A DNA stretch of 64,000 bases from Gammaproteobacteria bacterium (GTDB taxonomy: Bacteria; Pseudomonadota; Gammaproteobacteria; CBDBNL01; JAAOII01). The translations under genes and the position numbers were made by a program. Positions within the stretch are counted from its first letter, which is position 1. Every line of letters begins with the position of its first letter. The notes under the pieces were generated by a model, which did not search any database, had not been told where the DNA came from, and saw only the letters and a program-made list of their open reading frames with translations. Shown in pieces: positions 44,374 through 54,293 of the stretch. The DNA is taken from NCBI GenBank assembly GCA_965209035.1, contig OZ242372.1:352001-416000 (forward strand). Reading direction: 5' to 3'.

Positions 44374-46302
44374 TTATTGTCTCTGCCTTGCCAGGCCACC
44401 GGGAACGCATCTAAGTGCGGGGTATTGTGTGCTGTTACCGAGATCCCAAACACGGATGAAACGATCATCCTCCGGCTCGGTCTTACTTTCCAACTCATCG
44501 CCCGTATTCGGATCACACCAGAAGTTGCCCCAGAATTGATAGATCCCCGTGAAGTCGAGATCTTCAGGGTTTTGCAGTTCGGCGGTGATCTTGCCCATGC
44601 CAAGATCAGTGCCGGCACTGGTTGACTGCATGGTGGTCTCCGTATCCCAATAAGAGGCATTAACGATTGATTGACCTTCAGCTCTGCCAATCAAACCGCC
44701 AACCTCACCGGAGCCTGAAATAGGCCCACCGGCGGCATAGGAAAAATGAATTTGCGTATTCGCATTCGTCGTCGCAACCAGTCCACCAACCTGCCCATCC
44801 TCGGAGGAAACGTTTCCGCCGGACACATAAACATGACGAATATCGGCAGACTGCCCCCCCCCAAACAGTCCGCCAATACTAGCACGATTCCCGACAACAT
44901 CTACGTCGGACACATAAGCATAGCGAATAACCGCTTGCTCCCCATACCCTACCAGTCCGCCAGTTTCAATTCCTCCGGAAACACTGACACCGGATACATG
45001 AACATATCTAATGTCAGTAAAAAGTCCATCCCCAATCAGTCCGCCCATTCTGTTGCTACCCGGTCTCATCACACTACCGCCCGTAACCGATACATTCCGT
45101 ATGCGGGCATCCCTACCGTTACCCGAAGTACCCACTAGCGTACCCACATTATGTAAGCCGCCACGGATGTGCACATTCCGGAGATGCAGGTTTTGAATAC
45201 GGCCATTGAACACAGCAAACAACCCGACACCGACCTTTTTCTGACTCGCATTGATAAACAGATCGGCAATGCTGTAACCTTGACCGTCAAGCATCGCCGT
45301 ATAAAAGGAGTTACAAAAATTATTATTATTCTGAGCACAGGAACCAATCGGCTGCCAGCCGCTGCCGCTTGTCCAGGCAGCCATATTCTCGCTGTTACCG
45401 CTCTTATCGTCATAGGAATTCGGATCGCTGAAATTCAACGAGCGAGTCAATTCATAGCCATTACAGCCGGAACCCGGGCAACCCACAGCACCCACGGCAA
45501 TAATCGCGTCAATATTGTCATCATCCGTTCCATTGCCATTTAGATCATCGCGCAGCCGCGCCAAGTCATCCAAAGTGTGAATTTCTATGAGACCGTTATT
45601 ATTGTCGTCCACATCCGCCTGCATCGTCTCGTTTGCTTCGTCCGGAAAACCGTCATTGTCATCGTCCGGGTCACAGGCATCGCCTTTATCATCACCATCG
45701 CCATTCACATTGTCCGTGTTGGTTTGGTCCGCATTCTTTACCAGCCGGCAATTGTCGTCGCCATCATCCACACCGTCATTATCATCGTCCGGATCCAGGC
45801 TATCCGGCAGAGTGTCACCGTCTGTGTTGTCCCCGGTTCGGCGCAGCGGACCCGAGACCACCTTGGATACACCGCCGCCTTCATACAGGATGGACACACT
45901 GACCGTGTAATCGATGCCGTCTGCCAGACCATCAAGTACATAGCCCGTCATCGCCAGGGCGGATTGATCCGCCTCATCCCCGGTAAGTTCCGAGTCTGAT
46001 GCGGGCGGAGTCGTACTCACCCAACTGATCCTGAAATCGCTGATATCGGTGCGATTCGGGTTGGTCCAACTGAGCCGCAAACTGCTTTCGGCCGGAATAA
46101 TTTTCAGGTCGGAAATGCCGGGAAGTGGGTTACCACCGCCGCCACCGGAACCACCGCCGCCACAGGCGGCGAGTAGGGCAATGCAGACAGCCGACAGGGC
46201 GATTGTCAATAATAGATTGATACCGTTGCGTGCCCTTTGGCCGGCCGCAGCAATGCATGCAATGCAGTTGCTACTGATAGTTTTTATTGCAAATATTTTC
46301 AT
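44374..46302 (-). CDS. Surface lipoprotein paralogue B (Fn3-like/TSP3/GLUG)
   Basis: Same architecture as A; 642 aa. Confidence 0.85.
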   Translation of the reverse strand: MKIFAIKTISSNCIACIAAAGQRARNGINLLLTIALSAVCIALLAACGGGGSGGGGGNPLPGISDLKIIPAESSLRLSWTNPNRTDISDFRISWVSTTPPASDSELTGDEADQSALAMTGYVLDGLADGIDYTVSVSILYEGGGVSKVVSGPLRRTGDNTDGDTLPDSLDPDDDNDGVDDGDDNCRLVKNADQTNTDNVNGDGDDKGDACDPDDDNDGFPDEANETMQADVDDNNNGLIEIHTLDDLARLRDDLNGNGTDDDNIDAIIAVGAVGCPGSGCNGYELTRSLNFSDPNSYDDKSGNSENMAAWTSGSGWQPIGSCAQNNNNFCNSFYTAMLDGQGYSIADLFINASQKKVGVGLFAVFNGRIQNLHLRNVHIRGGLHNVGTLVGTSGNGRDARIRNVSVTGGSVMRPGSNRMGGLIGDGLFTDIRYVHVSGVSVSGGIETGGLVGYGEQAVIRYAYVSDVDVVGNRASIGGLFGGGQSADIRHVYVSGGNVSSEDGQVGGLVATTNANTQIHFSYAAGGPISGSGEVGGLIGRAEGQSIVNASYWDTETTMQSTSAGTDLGMGKITAELQNPEDLDFTGIYQFWGNFWCDPNTGDELESKTEPEDDRFIRVWDLGNSTQYPALRCVPGGLARQRQ

Positions 46303-46370
46303 AATTTCTTTTTGTAATAGGTTTGTAATATAGTTCCAAAGTAATGAATGGTAATCCTTGCGTTATTGCG

Positions 46371-48281
46371 TTATTGTCTCTGTCTTGCCAGGCCACCGGG
46401 CATGCAGTTCAGAGCCGGATATTGTGTGCTGTTACCGAGATCCCAGACACGAACAAAAGGAGCATCCAACGCGGCGGCACTTTCCATCTCATCGCCCGTA
46501 TTCGGATCGCACCAGAAGTTGCCCCAGAATTCATAGTCCCCCGTGAAGTCGGTTGGGCCTTGCAGTTCGGCGGTGGTCAGGCCCATACCGAAAACATCAC
46601 CGGTACTGTTGGTTGCACTGGTTGACCGCATGGTGGTCTCCGTATTCCAATAGGAATCTTCAACGATTGTGGAATCACTAGCAGAGCCCAACAGACCACC
46701 GCCACTCCCGGAAACTATTCCGCCGGACGCATAAGCAAAGCCAATATTAGCACGCGTCCCAACCCCGACTAGTCCGCCAACATTACCATTCCCGGAAACA
46801 CTTCCGCCGGACACATAAGCATGGCGAATATTAGCAGACTCTCCATACCCAACCAGCCCGCCAACAGCATCATTCCCGGAAACATCTACGCCGGACGCAT
46901 ACGCATAGCGAATATTGGCAGACTGCCCATACCCAACCAGTCCGCCAGCCTGAATTAGCCCGGAAACACTGACACCGGATATATGAGCATAGCGAATATT
47001 AGCCCTAATACCATACCCAACCAGCCCGCCCACTCCGGCGGCTCCCGGGCTCATCACACTGCCTCCCATAACCGATACATTCCGAATGCGGTTATTCCCA
47101 TTAAAACCCACAGTACCCACTAGCAGACCTACATTACTTTTGGCGCCACCGACGTGTGCATTCCGGAGATGTAAGTTTTGGATACGGCCGCCATACAACG
47201 CCGCAAATAACCCCACACCTTGCACACCACCGAGTGCACTGATAAACAGATCGGCAATGCTGTAACCTTGACCGTCAAGCATCGCCGTATAAGGGAATGA
47301 GCAAACAGTAGCACTCAAACAAGAACCGATCGGATCCCAGCCGCGGCCGCTCGTCCAGGCAGCCATATTCTTGCTGTTACCGCTGTTATCGTCATAGGAA
47401 TCCGCATCGCTAAAATTCAGCGAACGGGTCAACTCGTAGCCATTGCAGCCGGAACTCGGGCAACCCACAGCACCCACGGCGGTAACCGCGTCAATATTGC
47501 CATCATCCGTCCCATTGCCATTCAGATCATCGCGCAGCCGCGCCAAGTCATCCAAAGTGTGGATTTCTATGAGACCGTTATTATTGTCGTCCACATCCGC
47601 CGGCATCGTCTCGTTTGCTTCGTCCGGAAAACCGTCATTGTCATCGTCCGGGTCACAGGCATCGCCTTGATCATCGCCCTCGCCATTCACATTGTCCGTA
47701 TTGGTTTGGCCCGCATTCTTTACCAGTTGGCAGTTGTCGACATCGTCATTCACACCGTCATTGTCATCGTCCGGATCCAGACTATCCGGCAGAGTGTCAC
47801 CGTCCGTGTTTTTCCCGGGCCGACGCATCGGACCCGAGACCACCTTGGATACACCGCCGCCTTCATACAGGATGGACACACTGACTGTGTAATCGGTGCG
47901 GTCTGTCAGGCCATCAAGCACATAGCCCGTCATCGCCAGGGCGGCCTGATCCGCCTCATCCCCGGTAAATTCCGAGTCTGATGCGGGCGGAGTCGTACTC
48001 ACCCAACTGATCCTGAAGTCGCTGATATCGGTGCGATTCGGATTGGTCCAACTGAGCCGCAAACTGCTTTCAGCCGGAATAATTTTTAGATCGGAAACAC
48101 CGGGAAGTGAGTTACCACCGACGCCGGAACCACCTCCGCCGCCACCGCCACAGGCGGCGAGTAGGGCAATGCAGACAGCCGACAGGGTGATTGTCAATAA
48201 TAGATTGATAGCGTTGCGTGCCGGTTGTCCGTCCGCAAGGATGCAGTTGCTACTGATAGTTTGTGTTTGAAATGTACTCAT
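46371..48281 (-). CDS. Surface lipoprotein paralogue C (Fn3-like/TSP3/GLUG)
   Basis: Same architecture as A and B; 636 aa. Confidence 0.85.
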   Translation of the reverse strand: MSTFQTQTISSNCILADGQPARNAINLLLTITLSAVCIALLAACGGGGGGGSGVGGNSLPGVSDLKIIPAESSLRLSWTNPNRTDISDFRISWVSTTPPASDSEFTGDEADQAALAMTGYVLDGLTDRTDYTVSVSILYEGGGVSKVVSGPMRRPGKNTDGDTLPDSLDPDDDNDGVNDDVDNCQLVKNAGQTNTDNVNGEGDDQGDACDPDDDNDGFPDEANETMPADVDDNNNGLIEIHTLDDLARLRDDLNGNGTDDGNIDAVTAVGAVGCPSSGCNGYELTRSLNFSDADSYDDNSGNSKNMAAWTSGRGWDPIGSCLSATVCSFPYTAMLDGQGYSIADLFISALGGVQGVGLFAALYGGRIQNLHLRNAHVGGAKSNVGLLVGTVGFNGNNRIRNVSVMGGSVMSPGAAGVGGLVGYGIRANIRYAHISGVSVSGLIQAGGLVGYGQSANIRYAYASGVDVSGNDAVGGLVGYGESANIRHAYVSGGSVSGNGNVGGLVGVGTRANIGFAYASGGIVSGSGGGLLGSASDSTIVEDSYWNTETTMRSTSATNSTGDVFGMGLTTAELQGPTDFTGDYEFWGNFWCDPNTGDEMESAAALDAPFVRVWDLGNSTQYPALNCMPGGLARQRQ

Positions 48282-48396
48282 AATAAATAGTCTTTGGGTT
48301 TTAATAACATAGTTTCTCCTAAATAATTAAGGGGTGTGAATTAAATAATTCGTAATCGTAGTTTACCATATTTCGCCGGCTTTTTCTTTAATAACT

Positions 48397-48507
48397 TGTA
48401 TGATCCGTCCCAATTTTGGAATTTGTGTGTTTTTGTAAAAATGGGTTCTTTAATGTGAGAACAGGCCATTCCAACCCCCGATTCCCAAACCTTGCCGGGA
48501 TGATGCA
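48397..48507. mobile_element. Probable 111-bp MITE related to the IS481 element
   Basis: The left 45 bp match the reverse complement of the IS right end at 36/45 positions (manual count). The right end, reverse-complemented, reads TGCATCATCCCGGCAAGGTTTGG, resembling the IS left end TGCATGATCTCATAAAGGTTCTGG. No clear target-site duplication. Confidence 0.65.
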
Positions 48508-48596
48508 TGCATTCGCTTCGTATTGTATTAAAGGAATACAGCTATTAAGGCAAACAACTATCAAGGTAAGCCACTGTTAAAGGAAGCAGCGTCATC

Positions 48597-49739
48597 TCAA
48601 CTTCGGCGAAGAATTTCTTTTAGTCGGCGAAGTCTGTGAGAAGCAACAAAAGAAAGATAGGCGAGATCATGATCCGCGTTACGCAACAGCATCCACCCAA
48701 GACGAGCGGTTCTCGTCGCCCAAATGCCCCCGGGCGCCGCATCGCCGGGCGGGCGCCGGCGGCAAATTTCGGCATATAAGACATCCCATTCCGCGAGTAT
48801 CTTCCGCGCGAGAGCATCAAAATGACTGTCGGGAAGGACCGGCGGCGCCTTGATGTACTCGCGGTAAAGAGTCGGGTTATTATCAATTTCTATCACCCGT
48901 TCAACAACCTCGTCAAAACTTGCATAATCGCGGCAATTAATGAAAGACTTTGGATTGTAGTAATCGCCTATGTTGGGACTGCCCCAATAAATTGGAATAC
49001 TCCCCACAGCAAGCGGGTGTTCTATTTTTTCCGTGACATAGCCGGGAGACACCCTGTTCTCAAAAGCGATGGTGAACTTGTAGTTTTTAATACAGAGCAG
49101 TTTCTTTGTCCAGGTTTCGGCAAGTAAGTTTTTTTTGCCCGCCAGGTTGTCGGGCAATTGCATGTTGTTAAGGGACATCCACATCCCCGGCGCATCTATG
49201 TGTTTGTATCGCATCATGATTTTACAAAATGCCCGGCGCACATTTGTCAGCGGCAGCGCATCGTTTGCATACAGGTAGTTACAAAATTTGGATTTGGGTT
49301 GCCCGCGATACTTTAACCAAGGAGAGTTTTTTGCAAATAACAGATCTCCGGCAAAACCACAAGAAATATTGCCGGGGGCGGGCGGCTGGCTGCTGTAGAT
49401 TCTGTCCAGGTTACGCAGTTCCAAAGGAATTGCTTCGTAACAGGAAGAAATGAGAAGAGGTGTTCCGCCCCAAATACGGCGGGCAACAACCGCCAGTTTG
49501 TAAAACATAAACGGCAAAATAGGCATCGGCGGTTTGGCTGCCGTCACCTTCAAGATGACCAGATCCGGTTGCCGGGGGTCATAAACAAAATCATAATGCC
49601 CCTCTAAAAAAGATGTGATGCGCCGATAATCTGTCAAGCCGTCTCCCGGGACCATATGCCACTGCTTGCGTTCCACTCCCGGATAAGAAGATAAGTGCGT
49701 GCAGTTGCCAAGTAAACAACAATAACGAATTTTATGCAT
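48597..49739 (-). CDS. Glycosyltransferase family 10 (alpha-1,3/4-fucosyltransferase-like)
   Basis: KSKFCNYLY and YKFTIAFEN...GYVTEKI...GSIPIYWG...NPKSFIN; start placed at MHKIRY. Confidence 0.88.
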   Translation of the reverse strand: MHKIRYCCLLGNCTHLSSYPGVERKQWHMVPGDGLTDYRRITSFLEGHYDFVYDPRQPDLVILKVTAAKPPMPILPFMFYKLAVVARRIWGGTPLLISSCYEAIPLELRNLDRIYSSQPPAPGNISCGFAGDLLFAKNSPWLKYRGQPKSKFCNYLYANDALPLTNVRRAFCKIMMRYKHIDAPGMWMSLNNMQLPDNLAGKKNLLAETWTKKLLCIKNYKFTIAFENRVSPGYVTEKIEHPLAVGSIPIYWGSPNIGDYYNPKSFINCRDYASFDEVVERVIEIDNNPTLYREYIKAPPVLPDSHFDALARKILAEWDVLYAEICRRRPPGDAAPGGIWATRTARLGWMLLRNADHDLAYLSFVASHRLRRLKEILRRS

Positions 49740-49872
49740 TTTTTTAATGTCTCTGTAAGAATTATATCCGTTCGCGCACAGAGGCAGGAGACAAGAGGCA
49801 GGAGGCAGGAAGTAGGAGGCAGCCCCCGTATGAAAAACACGCATATATCCCCTATGTTATAATCAAAATACT

Positions 49873-50955
49873 ATGAAACTCACATTCAAAAACACGAAAA
49901 TTGTTGTAAAGGCCTTGTTCATACCGAACAATTTTCTGTTATTGTATGCTTCCACACTGGCTCTGTTGATTTCAACAAGTTTGTTTGGAAATGTTGCCTA
50001 CTCCGCCGAGAAGGTCAACATTTATTCGTATCGTCAAGTCCATTTGGTTCGTCCTCTGTTGGATGAGTTCACCAAAAAAACAGAGATTGAAACAAATGTT
50101 CTGTATATCAATGCCGGCATAGCCGAAAGAATGCGGTTGGAAGGGACCGGAAGTCCCGCCGACCTCATACTAACGACGGATGTGTATCGTTTGGCGGAGT
50201 TAAAAAAACTGGAACTAACGCAACCGGTTCGCTCCGACAAGATTCTGCGGAATGTCCCGGCAACCCTGCGCGATCCGGACAACCACTGGTTTGGGTTAAC
50301 CCGGCGTGTGCGTGTCATCTATGCAAGCGATGACCCCAAACGCGCGCCGCTCGGTGAGGTTGCAAGTTATTCGGACCTTGCCAAAAACGGTTTGGGGGAT
50401 CGGATATGCAGTCGCCCGCTCAGTCATATTTATAACCTCGGCTTGACGGCTTCTTTAATCGCCCAAAACGGGTTACCGGCAACCGAAAACTGGCTCAAAG
50501 GAGTGAAGAAAAATCTGGCACGCAAGCCGCAAGGAAATGATCGGGCACAAATCAAGGGGATCACCCTGGGTGTCTGTGACTATGCGGTTGCCAATTCCTA
50601 TTACTTCGCACTCTTGGCGGCGGATGATACAAAATGGACCCGCAATATTCGGGTTATCACGCCGACTCTTAAAAAAGGCGGCACACATGTGAACATCTCC
50701 GGTATGGCATTGGCGCGGTATGCGCCGAATGCGAAGCCGGCAAAAAAACTGATGGAGTTCCTGGCAGACAAATGGGCGCAAGCATACTATGCGTCTGTCA
50801 ACAACGAGTTCCCCGTTGTCCGGGGTATTCCAGCATCGGACTTTTTGAACGCGCAATTCGGCAATTTTGAGCCACAGCAATTATCTTTGGATACCATTGC
50901 CGGATTTACCGCAAACGCGCAAGAAATGGTCAATCGGATCGGTATTGACCATTAA
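49873..50955 (+). CDS. Fe(3+) ABC transporter substrate-binding protein (FbpA/FutA family)
   Basis: VNIYSYR, EG..SPAD, HIYN, GNDRAQIK, ANSYY and GTHVNISG. Confidence 0.9.
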   Translation: MKLTFKNTKIVVKALFIPNNFLLLYASTLALLISTSLFGNVAYSAEKVNIYSYRQVHLVRPLLDEFTKKTEIETNVLYINAGIAERMRLEGTGSPADLILTTDVYRLAELKKLELTQPVRSDKILRNVPATLRDPDNHWFGLTRRVRVIYASDDPKRAPLGEVASYSDLAKNGLGDRICSRPLSHIYNLGLTASLIAQNGLPATENWLKGVKKNLARKPQGNDRAQIKGITLGVCDYAVANSYYFALLAADDTKWTRNIRVITPTLKKGGTHVNISGMALARYAPNAKPAKKLMEFLADKWAQAYYASVNNEFPVVRGIPASDFLNAQFGNFEPQQLSLDTIAGFTANAQEMVNRIGIDH

Positions 50956-50980
50956 TCTTACCGAAAAATAACCGGGCAAT

Positions 50981-51000
50981 TCGGCTGCTGCGGCAGCCGA
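50981..51000 (+). terminator. GC-rich hairpin between the Fe substrate-binding and permease genes (attenuator or mRNA stabiliser)
   Basis: TCGGCTGC-TGCG-GCAGCCGA; no long T-tail. Confidence 0.45.
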
Positions 51001-51007
51001 ACAGTTA

Positions 51008-52618
51008 TTGAAGTATTCAGTTGAATTCACCCTTTCAATCATTCCTTTCCATCATTTAATGCATCATTATTCTTTTGGATATTCGCAAGTCTTTGCCAAG
51101 TTATCCGTTGTTGTTTTATGGTTGTTGATATTTTTATCACCGGCCGCGTTGCTCCTGCTGGCAATGGCGGAAGAGTTCTCTTACCAAAGCGGGTTTCCCG
51201 TTCGTTCTCTCGCCCACTATCTTGGCAACACTGTCGTTTTGTCTCTGGGCGGAGGCGCCTTGTGTTTGTTGTGGGGGCTGTCCGCCGCCTGGCTGATAAC
51301 ACACTATGTATTTCCCTTGCGCCGCCAACTGCGCTGGCTGCTATTGTTACCTCTCGCATGTCCGGTGTACCTTTCCGGATTCATCTATGCGGATATGCTG
51401 GACGGCTATCCGGTAAGCGTGCGCAATATGTTCACGGGTATTCTGTTGTTTGGTATGAACTTATATCCGTATGTTTACATATTCAGTCGTGTCGCGTTTG
51501 ACCAGCAATCCGCCGACTATCCGCTGGCGGCACGCAGTCTCGGGCTTAATCCAAACCGGGTATTTTGGCGCATCCATTTGCCTATGGCATTGCCCTTTGT
51601 CAGTTTCGGGTTTCTTTTGGCCGTCATTGAAATAGTGAATGATTTTGGCCTGGTCAGTTACTATGCCATTAATACGCTTTCGCTGGGGATCTATCGGACA
51701 TGGCTCGGCTTGGGAAGTTTTAGCACCGCTTTGCGATTAAGTTTGTGGCTGCTGCTCTTATTGGCGGTCATCCTGCTCATTGAAAACCGACTGCTCGGAC
51801 GGCGCAAGCGCTTTGAAAATATGAGCCGCGGCCGCAAGCTATCCGTGAGCCCTCTGCCGCCGCTGCCGGGCACGGTTGCCTGCTGCTTCTGCCTGTTGCC
51901 AATTATCATTGGCTTTGTGATTCCGACCGGCTATCTGGTGTATGGCGCGAGCAAGCAGTTGCCATCCTTCGCCTTGTCTTTGCTGCAACCTCTTGCCAAT
52001 ACTCTCTTTCTTGCCATGACCGTCATTTTGTGTTGCGCCCTGGTCGGGTTAGCCATCAATTATGCAACGCGGCCGCTTAGCTCCGCCTGGCGTTCTTTCG
52101 GACAAAGTATCAATATTTGCTATGCACTGCCGGGAACACTGATGGGGCTGGCGGTGATCTGGATTTTTACGCGGATTAACGATCTGGCGGGAATGTCCCT
52201 TCTCGGCGGCGGTCTGCTCGCCCTTGTGTACGCCTATTCCGTTCGTTTTTCTTCGCCGATGAACCGAATGCTACACAACAGCTTGGAAAAAATTACGCCT
52301 TCCGTGGAAAAGGCGGCACGCGGTTTCGGCATCAGCCGGCTGGCACTTTTTCGTAAAATTCACTTTCCGTTCATTAAAACAAGCATTCTGGGGGCGACTC
52401 TCATCATCTTTGCCGAAACCGCCAAAGAGTTACCCCTTGCCCTGATGTTGCGTCCGTTTAATTTTGAAACTCTTGCCACATACACCTATCAGTATGCTTC
52501 GGATGAACGCTTGACGGCCGCGTCCTTACCCGCACTGACACTGATAGCCGCCGGGATACCCGCCCTTTACTTGCTTAATCTTCTGATTAGCGGGAAGCGC
52601 GGTGAACACATAGTTTGA
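51008..52618 (+). CDS. Fe(3+) ABC transporter permease (FbpB family)
   Basis: Two BPD_transp-like halves; AARSLG, DFGLV and KELP..L.LRPFNFETLA. Confidence 0.9.
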   Translation: MKYSVEFTLSIIPFHHLMHHYSFGYSQVFAKLSVVVLWLLIFLSPAALLLLAMAEEFSYQSGFPVRSLAHYLGNTVVLSLGGGALCLLWGLSAAWLITHYVFPLRRQLRWLLLLPLACPVYLSGFIYADMLDGYPVSVRNMFTGILLFGMNLYPYVYIFSRVAFDQQSADYPLAARSLGLNPNRVFWRIHLPMALPFVSFGFLLAVIEIVNDFGLVSYYAINTLSLGIYRTWLGLGSFSTALRLSLWLLLLLAVILLIENRLLGRRKRFENMSRGRKLSVSPLPPLPGTVACCFCLLPIIIGFVIPTGYLVYGASKQLPSFALSLLQPLANTLFLAMTVILCCALVGLAINYATRPLSSAWRSFGQSINICYALPGTLMGLAVIWIFTRINDLAGMSLLGGGLLALVYAYSVRFSSPMNRMLHNSLEKITPSVEKAARGFGISRLALFRKIHFPFIKTSILGATLIIFAETAKELPLALMLRPFNFETLATYTYQYASDERLTAASLPALTLIAAGIPALYLLNLLISGKRGEHIV

Positions 52619-52674
52619 AGTACAGCAATACGCGCACCTGCGATAAATACCCCTTCTATGCTTGTCTTTTCTTT

Positions 52675-53376
52675 TTAAGGAGAGAAGTACAGCATATTAC
52701 CCGGTTCGGGGGTTAGTTCTCTCTTGTCGGTCCAGTTTGTCAGGCAACCCCCTTGCATCAGTCCAATCTTGTCGCAAGTATTCAGGGCCTCCACCTTGTT
52801 ATGGCTGACCACAACGGCGGTGATGTTTCTGTCCTTTAAGAAGTGCCTCACTCCAAAAGACAAACTATGTTTTAGATCCGCATCCAAGTTGGCAAACGGT
52901 TCGTCAAACACCATTAACTGCACCTCGGTGATCAGGGTGCGCGCCAAGGCAACTCGCTGTTGCTCTCCGCCGGACAATTCATAGGGATACTTTGTAAGAA
53001 ATCTCTTTGTTTGTGTCAGTTCCAAAACGGTCCGCAGATTGTCTTTGCGTCTCTTGGCGGATTGATTGCCTGTGCCAAACAGGATATTCTCGCGCACATT
53101 CAAATGCGGAAATAAGGCGTAATCTTGAAATACCATGCCGACACCGCGTTCTTCCGGCGGCAGCACCCAGTCCGCGGTGGAAAGAACGCGGTCGCCAAAA
53201 CAAATCGCGCCGGCATCCAACTGTAAAAACCCCGCCAAACTATGCAACAGACTGGTCTTACCCGCCCCGTTTTTCCCCATCACCGCACCGATTTCACCGC
53301 GATTCAAGGTGAAACTTAACTCACGCAAAACAGGACTCTTTTCCTGTGATACGCTAATGCGATCCACATTAAGCAT
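52675..53376 (-). CDS. ABC ATP-binding protein (FbpC-like)
   Basis: GKNGAGKT, VFQDYALFPHL, LSGGEQQRVALAR and DEPFANLD. Confidence 0.88.
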   Translation of the reverse strand: MLNVDRISVSQEKSPVLRELSFTLNRGEIGAVMGKNGAGKTSLLHSLAGFLQLDAGAICFGDRVLSTADWVLPPEERGVGMVFQDYALFPHLNVRENILFGTGNQSAKRRKDNLRTVLELTQTKRFLTKYPYELSGGEQQRVALARTLITEVQLMVFDEPFANLDADLKHSLSFGVRHFLKDRNITAVVVSHNKVEALNTCDKIGLMQGGCLTNWTDKRELTPEPGNMLYFSP

Positions 53377-53465
53377 CTGACAGGCTTGGGAACAGATTCG
53401 GCACAAAAGACGATGACGGCACCGGGGGGCAATTTTTTTGCAAAATAGTTGTCATTTGTTATCTC

Positions 53466-54293
53466 ATGTTTTCTTATCTTATAATTGATATTTTACATAT
53501 GAAAGGCGAACCCACTCACCTACGCATACCTCAAACTTTGGGGGCAAACGAATCTTACCAAACGAAAATCGCCGCAACGCCCGAAGAAATCCGCCAGGTC
53601 CAAAAACTGAGGTTTGAAGTATTTAACTTGGAGTTGGATGAAGGATTGGATCGTTCTTATATGGAAGGTCTGGATCGTGACGAATATGATCCGCAATTCA
53701 AACATCTCATCATCGTTTACAAGCCCAATAACCGGGTGATTGCCACCTACAGAATTCAGAATTATGCAATGGCGAAAGCGGGATTGGGGTTTTACAGTTC
53801 CGGAATCTTTGATCTGGGTATTTTCTCCGAAGTCATCCAAAAGAATATGCTCGAAATCGGCAGGGCCTGTATTGCCAGGGACCATCGTAAAGCCGGTGTG
53901 TTTTTTCTTCTCTGGAAAGGTCTTGCCGAAGTTTTGTATGCGAACAAACTCCGCTATTTCTTCGGCTGCAACTCCGTGGCAAGTCAAAACCCACAGGATG
54001 CCAACGGCATTATCCGGCTGCTTAAGACCATGCAAGTGTATCACCGGGATTTTTACGCCCTTGCAAAACCGGGCTACAAATGCCCTTACAAAAACAAAGA
54101 AACCGATATCACCAAGGTGAGCCTGCCGGTGCTGTTTAACATTTACCTGCGGTTTAGGTGCCGCATATGCAGCGAACCGGCGTTGGACCGAGATTTTAAG
54201 ACAATCATCTTTTTGATGATTTATGACTATCAAAAAGTATCCGATAAATACCATAAAATGTTTTTAGGCAATAAAGTTAGAATAAAAGTATGA
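53466..54293 (+). CDS. GNAT family acyltransferase, ornithine-lipid OlsB-like (alternative start 53499)
   Basis: LRFEVF, DRDEYD...HL, EIGRAC..HR and Y.R...IC.EPALD.DF. Confidence 0.8.
   Translation: MFSYLIIDILHMKGEPTHLRIPQTLGANESYQTKIAATPEEIRQVQKLRFEVFNLELDEGLDRSYMEGLDRDEYDPQFKHLIIVYKPNNRVIATYRIQNYAMAKAGLGFYSSGIFDLGIFSEVIQKNMLEIGRACIARDHRKAGVFFLLWKGLAEVLYANKLRYFFGCNSVASQNPQDANGIIRLLKTMQVYHRDFYALAKPGYKCPYKNKETDITKVSLPVLFNIYLRFRCRICSEPALDRDFKTIIFLMIYDYQKVSDKYHKMFLGNKVRIKV

Noticed and set aside
42377-48281. Diversity-generating retroelement or shufflon
   Set aside because: There is no reverse transcriptase or site-specific recombinase in the window, no obvious adenine-specific template/variable pair, and all copies are full genes in direct orientation.
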